DNA of 64,000 nucleotides from Patescibacteria group bacterium (lineage in GTDB: Bacteria > Patescibacteriota > Patescibacteriia > UBA10025 > JAHIVO01): NCBI GenBank assembly GCA_049325535.1, contig JBMOKY010000001.1, positions 1,008,048-1,072,047 of the forward strand. Direction: 5' to 3'. Below the pieces are notes generated by a model. The model was not told where the DNA came from. It searched no databases and saw nothing but the letters and a program-made list of their open reading frames with translations. Positions 57,189-64,000 of this stretch are shown here, in pieces. Positions within the stretch are counted from its first letter, which is position 1; each line of letters opens with the position of its first letter. Made by a program: the position numbers and the translations under genes.

Positions 57189-57818
57189 TTATTTTATTTC
57201 GAGGGAGTTAAAAATTTCATCGCCCATCTTTTCCGCACTAATAAACCGATCTAAACTCGGGTCTTCATTCATTATGGTATTTCTAAAGCTGATAATATTT
57301 GTGCCCACCTGGATATAATAATTAATAGAGGAAAAAGCAAATACGTTTTGTTTATTCCAGACCCACTGGCGTATTACAGGATATTGACCCAGGGAATATT
57401 GCTCCTGTGTTTGAACGCTGTCACTATTAACTCGTTGTCTAGCCCACACTTCCATATTAGTATCCGCTGGTAATTCATCCTCTCGTATGGTAATAGTGCT
57501 TAACGGTGCCTGTATTATTTGACCACTTAGTTCGTCAGTGTATTGAATATCTTCATCAGATTTAATTTCAACATAATTATCCAATTCATCATTAAATTCA
57601 TTTAAGTCCCAGCTTTGGGGATACGAAACCGTGATGCCAAGCCGGTCTGAAATATGAACTCGCCAATCACTGGCAATGCTTTGATTTATATTGCCCTCGA
57701 CGTTCGCATTGCTTACGTTCCGTGAATTATTACTATTTATCAAAAACACCGCCACAATAATTGCTGCGGCAATGACTAATATGATTGTCAAATTTTTCCT
57801 GCTCATTTTTAATATCAT
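57189..57818 (-). CDS. Hypothetical secreted/membrane-anchored protein (209 aa), AT-rich island
   Basis: N-terminal anchor LTIILVIAAAIIVAVFLI. I recognise no family. Confidence 0.5.
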   Translation of the reverse strand: MILKMSRKNLTIILVIAAAIIVAVFLINSNNSRNVSNANVEGNINQSIASDWRVHISDRLGITVSYPQSWDLNEFNDELDNYVEIKSDEDIQYTDELSGQIIQAPLSTITIREDELPADTNMEVWARQRVNSDSVQTQEQYSLGQYPVIRQWVWNKQNVFAFSSINYYIQVGTNIISFRNTIMNEDPSLDRFISAEKMGDEIFNSLEIK

Positions 57819-57870
57819 ACTTGATTAAATCTGGGAGAGTTATGAAAATCCACAACTCTCCCGTCCGTCG

Positions 57871-58635
57871 TTATGGGCACCATGTGCGCCCGGTTGGCGA
57901 GGAAACTGGAATGTTCCAGGAGGAATACTGGTAGTTGACTACGATGCTTCTATATCCTGAAATGCCGGTCAGGGGCTGAGATACTCCGTTCTTGTAGATT
58001 ACGAAGTGGATATGCGGAAAAGCGGGGAGCCCGCGTTCCGGACCAGTCCAGCCAGTCGCACCAGCGTTTCCGATTATTGTCCCCTGCAGCAGATCGTCAC
58101 CTTCGTGCACGAAGTATTGTGGATCGCAGTTCAAATGGGCGACGACTGACTCCCATCCATTCCCATGATCCATTCTGACATACCAGCCAAGCGAACTACT
58201 CCATCGTGCATATTTAAAAATGCCCCTGGCGGGAGCAAGCACCCTACGGCCAGTAGTCGAACCATCCATCCGGACTAAATCAACAGCATGGTAATTGTTC
58301 CCCTGGTGGTATCCCACACCATATCCGCTGATTATTTTCCAGTACTCCGGGCCATAGAAATAATACGTACCAGCCCATGGCCACTTAAAATCGTACATAC
58401 TAGAAGGCCACGTTGCTGCTCCTGCCGCTGCAGTCACCGCTCCACGCCCCTTCCCGTCATCGACAGCGGTCGAATCAATGTCAGGGCCCGGCCCCTTGTT
58501 CAGGTCAGCAGGTTCGGTCGGTGTGGGGCTGTTGGTACAGCTGGTGATGAGAGCGGAAGATCCGATTGCCAGCGCAGTGAAGAGCACCAGCAGTGCGAAA
58601 AACTTCAGGTATTTCACGGGAAATACTCCTTTCAA
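57871..58635 (-). CDS. M23-family peptidoglycan peptidase, predicted lipoprotein
   Basis: Lipobox LITSC after the signal peptide. M23 metal-ligand motifs VRMDHGNGWESVVAHL (HxxxD) and PHIHFVIY (HxH). Confidence 0.75.
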   Translation of the reverse strand: MKGVFPVKYLKFFALLVLFTALAIGSSALITSCTNSPTPTEPADLNKGPGPDIDSTAVDDGKGRGAVTAAAGAATWPSSMYDFKWPWAGTYYFYGPEYWKIISGYGVGYHQGNNYHAVDLVRMDGSTTGRRVLAPARGIFKYARWSSSLGWYVRMDHGNGWESVVAHLNCDPQYFVHEGDDLLQGTIIGNAGATGWTGPERGLPAFPHIHFVIYKNGVSQPLTGISGYRSIVVNYQYSSWNIPVSSPTGRTWCP

Positions 58636-58797
58636 ACGATTTCAGATTGACTGTGTAACGTGAACATCCGTGTTTCATTTGTAATGAGCGCGTACCGTAC
58701 GGAGAGACCCACGGACTGTAAACTGTCTCCGTACGACCAGCCTCGCGGCTAGGCGGGTACGATCGAATTACGATTCATGGTCACCTCGCTTTCTACT

Positions 58798-59094
58798 CTA
58801 ATGAGCGGTTTGTGTGTTTTGGGTCATTGTTAACATTCGACACATATTTTTTTGAATATAATAAATCGTCAGCCCAACTACTCCATACCCCGTAACCACA
58901 AGAAAATAAGGCCATTGCTGCGTCCAGCGAGAAATGAGCATTACTGAAGTAATGACAAAATAGGCAGTAAACCAGATCCAGGACAGAATTGCATCACGTC
59001 GATCAACTATGTTTTTACGATGGACTAAATCAAGAAGAAAACCGAGGGGCGCCGCACCTCCCATGACCATTACATAACCAATTTCGTACGTCAT
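58798..59094 (-). CDS. Small 3-TM membrane protein (hypothetical)
   Basis: Three hydrophobic helices. Start taken at MTYEIGY; the longest ORF starts at 59124. Confidence 0.4.
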   Translation of the reverse strand: MTYEIGYVMVMGGAAPLGFLLDLVHRKNIVDRRDAILSWIWFTAYFVITSVMLISRWTQQWPYFLVVTGYGVVGLTIYYIQKNMCRMLTMTQNTQTAH

Positions 59095-59126
59095 ATGGTA
59101 AACCCTTTTATTACCCAATTTCAATA

Positions 59127-59447
59127 TTAATCATGACTTTCTCTGAAAGAAGGAGCTAATCTCGTCACTCGAACAATTAATGTCGGAAAGTAACAAATAA
59201 CAAAACTTTCAATAATCACAAATATGGGCAGTGATATATAGCTAATCGGGCTCTCGGACACCCTGACCAGCAATTCTGTCAATGTGGTTGCTGGCAAAAA
59301 AATAGCATAAGTCACCTCACCGATACTGCGAAAAAATGGCCCCAGGTCAAAAAACGAAAAAACTGCAAAAACAATACATATAATTACCGTGCCAATATAA
59401 GTATAGCGAGAGGGTTCGATTTGTAACTGTGATTTTATGGTTTCCAT
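59127..59447 (-). CDS. Small 3-TM membrane protein (hypothetical)
   Basis: Three hydrophobic helices, similar in size and architecture to the adjacent small membrane protein. Confidence 0.4.
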   Translation of the reverse strand: METIKSQLQIEPSRYTYIGTVIICIVFAVFSFFDLGPFFRSIGEVTYAIFLPATTLTELLVRVSESPISYISLPIFVIIESFVICYFPTLIVRVTRLAPSFRESHD

Positions 59448-59566
59448 ATATTAATATCTAGAGTCTGCACATAATTATTAGTAGGGTAGAGAAGCAAGTC
59501 TTCCTCTACCCTACTTCTACCAACGATTGTATGAACGGAGCGCTACTTGCGGCTTAATCGCCCACA

Positions 59567-60289
59567 CTAGTAAGCCGTCATCATGACCGAGGCCGATTTG
59601 TCATTGTTCTGCACAACGACGAAGAGATAGGCAATATCTGCACTCCCGCTGTATAGCGTCTTATACGTATACCACGGAGCGCACCACCAGGCGGTCCACT
59701 GGTTCCACCCGGAGCTGGTATTCCGCCACGACGGGAGCATGAGGACCTCATAGTTCCAGACAATATTATTCTTGAACTTCAGGGTCTTATACCCGGCTTT
59801 GCGCGGATTGTAGTACACCCAGGCCTGATCACTGCTTTCCATGATGACAGCGTATACCCACTCATTATCCTTCAGATAATAATTGGTGATGTCGGCACCG
59901 AGAGCAGTGGCCGCCGGAATCATTTGCCGGATGTTTTCCTTATCCTCTGGTGAGATGGTGCCGGTATTGCCGAGGTCGATTACCGGATGGATCAGCGTAT
60001 ACTCGGTGCCATCGGGGAGGATAATCGTCCGTATCACGCCTTCATCAGCTGCACTACAGCTGGCCGACTTCGACAGATTGTCGACATTGATCGTATCGGA
60101 CGCTCCGATTACTTGGGAAAAATCATTCGGGAAATGCAGGTTGCCATGGTTCACCAGATCGGCGGCATGCACTGTCATTTCGGGATGAACGGCAATACTG
60201 TGCACTGTATCACCAGTCTGCGAACAGCCGGCGATGACTATGATCATGACCACCAGGGCCGGGATCATGATTTTCTTCCAATACAACAT
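59567..60289 (-). CDS. Hypothetical lipoprotein (240 aa)
   Basis: Signal peptide + lipobox VIAGC. AAGAGGTAG sits upstream of the ATG. I recognise no family. Confidence 0.55.
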   Translation of the reverse strand: MLYWKKIMIPALVVMIIVIAGCSQTGDTVHSIAVHPEMTVHAADLVNHGNLHFPNDFSQVIGASDTINVDNLSKSASCSAADEGVIRTIILPDGTEYTLIHPVIDLGNTGTISPEDKENIRQMIPAATALGADITNYYLKDNEWVYAVIMESSDQAWVYYNPRKAGYKTLKFKNNIVWNYEVLMLPSWRNTSSGWNQWTAWWCAPWYTYKTLYSGSADIAYLFVVVQNNDKSASVMMTAY

Positions 60290-60632
60290 GATAACTACCT
60301 CTTGTAGCGTATCAACAATACCCGCGAGTGCTTGATTTCAAAAAACGAGAATAAGAAGAGACCCACGTTATCTTCCTAACCGTATCCGGTCGTTTCTGAC
60401 CTCCTTTCTCACTTATAAAAGTGCAGTGTTGATGATGCGAAATGTGATTACCCACAATTCTTCGCGACGGCCTTTTTCAGAGACGGCGTCTGCGGTTCAT
60501 GCGAGAACCATTCATTCGTACGGCTCAAACAGTAACTTTAGAAAAATTTTTTCTTTTTCCGCCGTCACTTTTTTTTGATCTCAATGTTCGTTTCTACTGT
60601 AATTATAGCAAAAAAATAAGCGCTGCAAAATT

Positions 60633-60667
60633 AAAAAAAGGGCCGGACGAAATAATTCGCACGACCC
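60633..60667 (-). terminator. Intrinsic terminator after prs
   Basis: On the minus strand GGGUCG...CGGCCC hairpin followed by UUUUUUU. Confidence 0.55.
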
Positions 60668-60689
60668 AGGAACAAATCCTCTCAGTTCT

Positions 60690-61697
60690 TCACTGCGCTT
60701 CGGGAACAGTGTCGAACATGCCGTCAATCTCGTGGATCGACGCGTCGGTATGGTTCCGCCAGATGGCCTCGCCAAACAGCTCCCCGACTGACACCACGGT
60801 GATGAGGTCTCCGGGTATGCTCCCCTCCGGATGCATCACCGTATCAGTGATGAACAGTCGTTTGATTTTCGACGCCCGGATGTTCTCGATGGCCTTCCCC
60901 GCCAGAATACCATGAGTGATAAAGGCATGCTGATCTTCCGCGCCGAGTTCGGCAGCCTTGAGCGAGACCGCTTTGAGCGATCCGGCAGTATCAGCGATAT
61001 CATCGAAGATGAATACCACTTTACCCTCGACATCGCCCAGGATGCCATTCACGACCACCACGTCAGCGAGCGTCCGCTTCTTGTCCCCGACCGCGTATGT
61101 CGGAGCCTTCGTCCGCTTGCGGTAATGCGCGGCGATGGCTGCCGAACCGACGTCCGGTGCCAGCGGCACTACGTTCGAATAGTCACCGTGGACGATGGCA
61201 TCACCCTCCCGTCTGAACAAAGCCGTCGGGTACACCACGTCACACGGAATGCGGTAGACACTGTGGATTTGTTTGAAATGCGGATGCATCACCATCACAT
61301 GCCGATAGGGGCACGCCACCATCGCATCCTCAATCTGCTGCGCGTACAACGATGCGGCGACATCCACCCGCGGCTCGTCCTTCGTGTCCTGACGCAAGCC
61401 GTCGTGATACGGGATGACTGCCGTGATGCGCCGGGCTGAAGCCAGCGCCGCCGCCTGCAGAATCTTCAGCAGCGTCATATGGTTGATGTCCGGCGGATTC
61501 GTCGGCTGGAGCACGTACACGTCCCTGCCGCGGACATTGCGAGTGATCTGCACCTTGCGGTGGCCATCGGCATAGTCCGTATTCTTGCACCGGATCACCG
61601 AGAAATTATAATTTCCCGACAGCTCCCGAATCCTGCGTTCTGCTCCCTGCACCAGTGTTTCGGCGCATGCCGGTCCTGCGATTACAGCTAATTCCAT
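60690..61697 (-). CDS. prs: Ribose-phosphate pyrophosphokinase (PRPP synthetase) family
   Basis: RITAVIPYHDGLRQD (vs consensus RITAVIPYFGYARQDR) and PRPP-binding loop FIFDDIADTAGS. Confidence 0.8.
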   Translation of the reverse strand: MELAVIAGPACAETLVQGAERRIRELSGNYNFSVIRCKNTDYADGHRKVQITRNVRGRDVYVLQPTNPPDINHMTLLKILQAAALASARRITAVIPYHDGLRQDTKDEPRVDVAASLYAQQIEDAMVACPYRHVMVMHPHFKQIHSVYRIPCDVVYPTALFRREGDAIVHGDYSNVVPLAPDVGSAAIAAHYRKRTKAPTYAVGDKKRTLADVVVVNGILGDVEGKVVFIFDDIADTAGSLKAVSLKAAELGAEDQHAFITHGILAGKAIENIRASKIKRLFITDTVMHPEGSIPGDLITVVSVGELFGEAIWRNHTDASIHEIDGMFDTVPEAQ

Positions 61698-61862
61698 GAG
61701 ATACCTCCTCGGGGTTTGACCTCGTTATTTCTATATCAATGAACCGATATGATTTTTCTGGGAAAAACAAAGAGTTTTCCATCTTACCGTCACCCCGCAC
61801 CGATTGTCAAACTGCTTGCACATTTGCTGTGGGTCACTATAATGGGTAGAATTACACCTGTG

Positions 61863-61949
61863 CTGGAGTGGCGGAATTGGCATACGCGCTAGCCTTAGGA
61901 GCTAGTGCCCGCAAGGGCTTGAGAGTTCAAATCTCTCCTCCAGCACCAA
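61863..61949 (+). tRNA. tRNA-Leu (anticodon TAG), type II with long variable arm, CCA encoded
   Basis: GCTGGAG...CTCCAGC acceptor stem, anticodon stem-loop CTAGC-CTTAGGA-GCTAG, variable arm TGCCCGCAAGGGC, T-arm GAGAG-TTCAAAT-CTCTC, 3' ACCA. Confidence 0.9.
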
Positions 61950-62005
61950 TAAAAAACACCCATCCAGATACCCCGGACGGGTGTGGTACAGCACGCAAAA
62001 AGCGA

Positions 62006-63049
62006 TTACTCGGCGATACGCCAGATGAGCGTTTCGCCGGCGCACAAAGGGCGGACGGTCACTGCGCCGAATTCCAGCATCGGCCGCACGATCCAGGGTT
62101 GCCGGACCAGCGTGACGGTATCGGCATTCCGCGGTACGCCGTAAAAATCCGCACCGTGAAAACTGGCAAACCCTTCCAGCCTGTCGAGCATACCTGCCGC
62201 CTCAAACACTTCGGCGTACAATTCCAGCGCACATGGCGCGGAATAGCAGCCAGCGCAACCGCAGGTGGACTCTTTTGCCTGGAGCGGATGCGGCGCGGAA
62301 TCAGTGCCGAGAAAAAACTTCGGCGAGCCCGACGTCGCCGCCGCGAGCACTGCCTGCCGATGCGGTATGGCACGCTTCAGTACCGGACGACAGAACAGGT
62401 GCGGACGGATGCCGCCGTCAAATAAATCGGCGCGGCTGTAGCGCAGATGGTGGGCGGTGATCGTCGCTGCCACGCGAGGCGAGGCAGACTGGACGAAATC
62501 AACCGCTTCCGCGGTAGTCACATGCTCCAGGACAATTTTCAGCCCCGGAAATGATTTGACCAGCGAGGTGAGCGTTTCGTCCACAAACAACCGTTCAGCG
62601 TCGAAGGGGTCGGCCGGAGCCGTGGCTTCGCCGTGAATCGAAAGCACCAAACCGACACGTTCCATCTCCGCCAAAACCGGATACAGCCGCGACAGATCGG
62701 TCACGCCCGAAACGGAATTGGTGGTAGCTCCGCGCGGATACAACTTCACGGCGTGGACAATGCCAGATTCTTTTGCCCGCCAAACCTCTTCGACGGGTGT
62801 ATCATCGGTGAGATACAGCGTCATCAACGGTTCAAACGCTACCAGCGGACTGGCACTGATGATCTCCTGCCGATACTGGAGCGCCTGAGCCACGGTGGTG
62901 ACCGGCGGTGTCAGATTGGGCATGACGAGCGCCCGGCCAAAACAGCGGGCGGTATGATGCACCACGTCGAGTAGCGCGTCTCCCTGGCGGAAGTGGACAT
63001 GCCAATCGTCCGGGCGGGTCATCGTCAATGATTGAGCCATGCGATCCAT
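62006..63049 (-). CDS. pyrC: Dihydroorotase (homodimeric E. coli-type)
   Basis: N-terminal DDWHVHFRQGD metal-ligand motif with a characteristic length of 347 aa. Confidence 0.85.
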   Translation of the reverse strand: MDRMAQSLTMTRPDDWHVHFRQGDALLDVVHHTARCFGRALVMPNLTPPVTTVAQALQYRQEIISASPLVAFEPLMTLYLTDDTPVEEVWRAKESGIVHAVKLYPRGATTNSVSGVTDLSRLYPVLAEMERVGLVLSIHGEATAPADPFDAERLFVDETLTSLVKSFPGLKIVLEHVTTAEAVDFVQSASPRVAATITAHHLRYSRADLFDGGIRPHLFCRPVLKRAIPHRQAVLAAATSGSPKFFLGTDSAPHPLQAKESTCGCAGCYSAPCALELYAEVFEAAGMLDRLEGFASFHGADFYGVPRNADTVTLVRQPWIVRPMLEFGAVTVRPLCAGETLIWRIAE

Positions 63050-63189
63050 CCTTTCTTGGGGAATATGTTGGAGTCAATGAGCTTTCCGGTCGTTGTACCA
63101 TAGTCTCAGCCGATTGGCAATCGCGTCCGTCATGCTCCTCTCACGCCTTTTATCCGGTGGCGTTCCGTAGTATACTTCATGGTATCTAT

Positions 63190-63912
63190 ATGCCTGAATA
63201 CTCAGCCAAACTTATCTCCAAACGTACCATCGCCCGTGAAACGTGCGAATTCGTCTTCACCAAACCCGCTGGATTTGATTTCCGGCCGGGACAATTCATG
63301 ACCCTCATCCTGCCTGATCTCGACCCGAAAGTAGCCAAAGGCAATCGGCGCAGCATGTCCATCGCCTCAGCGCCGACTGACGACCTGGTCTCCTTCGGTA
63401 TGCGCATGGGCACCTCGGCATTCAAACAGCGCATCGACAAACTGAATATCGGCGAACAGATCCAAATGATGGGCCCGTTTGGCCGATTTATCATGCCGGA
63501 TGACCAGTCAATCCCACTGGTTTTTTTGGCGGGTGGCATCGGCATCACCCCATTCCTCAGTATGATTACCTATTGTGCCGCTACCAAATCACCACGAGAA
63601 CTGTTCTTACTCTATAGCAACAGCTGCATCTCAAACGCATCCTACCTGCCTGAATTAGAATCGCTGCAGAACCGTCACCCCCACCTGCACTATGTGCCGA
63701 CCATGACCGATCAGGAGCATCTCGAACACGAGTGGGTCGGACAGACCGGTTTTATCACCGCAGACATGATTAAACAGTCGGTGTCTGATTACATGCGACC
63801 ACTCTATATGATTGTCGGCCCGCCGGGTATGGTCGAGGCGATGGTCGCCCTGCTCAAGGAAATGGGGCTGCCGGAAAAACAAATCATGATCGAAAAATTC
63901 ACCGGCTACTAA
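63190..63912 (+). CDS. FAD/NAD(P)-binding oxidoreductase (ferredoxin-NADP reductase-like fold)
   Basis: RSMSIAS (RxYS FAD-binding motif) and GGIGITPFLS (NAD(P)-binding). The start is taken at MPEYSAK; the longest ORF starts at 63028 and overlaps the pyrC start. Confidence 0.55.
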   Translation: MPEYSAKLISKRTIARETCEFVFTKPAGFDFRPGQFMTLILPDLDPKVAKGNRRSMSIASAPTDDLVSFGMRMGTSAFKQRIDKLNIGEQIQMMGPFGRFIMPDDQSIPLVFLAGGIGITPFLSMITYCAATKSPRELFLLYSNSCISNASYLPELESLQNRHPHLHYVPTMTDQEHLEHEWVGQTGFITADMIKQSVSDYMRPLYMIVGPPGMVEAMVALLKEMGLPEKQIMIEKFTGY

Positions 63913-64000
63913 TCAGCCTCTGGTGGATTATCTGCCCATACGCCATTCGCGGATGAACTGGCTCGATTTTGATTTGACAGACGCCGGTGCGATGGCTAAG

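Noticed and set aside
60831-61439. 202-aa plus-strand ORF
   Set aside because: Antisense to prs; His/Arg-rich shadow frame.
1-64000. CRISPR arrays, transposases/integrases, rRNA genes
   Set aside because: No regularly spaced direct repeats, no recognisable DDE/tyrosine-recombinase ORFs and no rRNA-like segments were seen. Repeats are limited to the two palindromic motifs and local hairpins.

Overview
This is a gene-dense bacterial chromosomal segment of roughly 63 CDS at medium GC. Genes overlap tightly (ATGA overlaps), Shine-Dalgarno sites are strong, and hairpin plus U-tract terminators sit at convergent junctions. The core is housekeeping: rpoB-rpoC, recA, rodZ-like and ftsK; polA-holA, uvrB, ruvA and ssb; metK behind a SAM-I riboswitch; ispH, prs, pyrC, glyA (partial), trpB2, murI, a phosphohexomutase, malQ and rpsT; plus tRNA-Arg(CCG) and tRNA-Leu(TAG). 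The gene content (bacterial Elp3, a FemABX transferase, lamin-tail-domain surface protein, 23S-IVS four-helix-bundle protein, sparse biosynthesis) points to a small-genome, possibly CPR/Patescibacteria-like organism. That placement is inference from content only. Five regions stand out. (1) Operon-like cluster 6928-8570: a 59-aa ORF, a 375-aa TIM-barrel/radical-SAM-like protein with a C-terminal CxxCxxC(x9)C cluster, and a 67-aa protein of four CxxCxGxG zinc-finger repeats. (2) Divergent Elp3 / Trm9-like methyltransferase pair, implying a eukaryote/archaea-type mcm5U tRNA modification route. (3) A visibly higher-GC block at 48.2-53.0 kb: two HD-domain phosphohydrolases, a membrane metallophosphoesterase, an unknown protein, and a promoter/terminator-bounded ~115-nt sRNA candidate. 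(4) An AT-rich island at 56.4-60.3 kb: a lipoprotein M23 peptidase, two small 3-TM proteins and secreted proteins, resembling a lysis or attack cassette. (5) A cytidylyltransferase-like::VanX-type D-Ala-D-Ala dipeptidase fusion. No CRISPR array, transposase or integrase was recognised.
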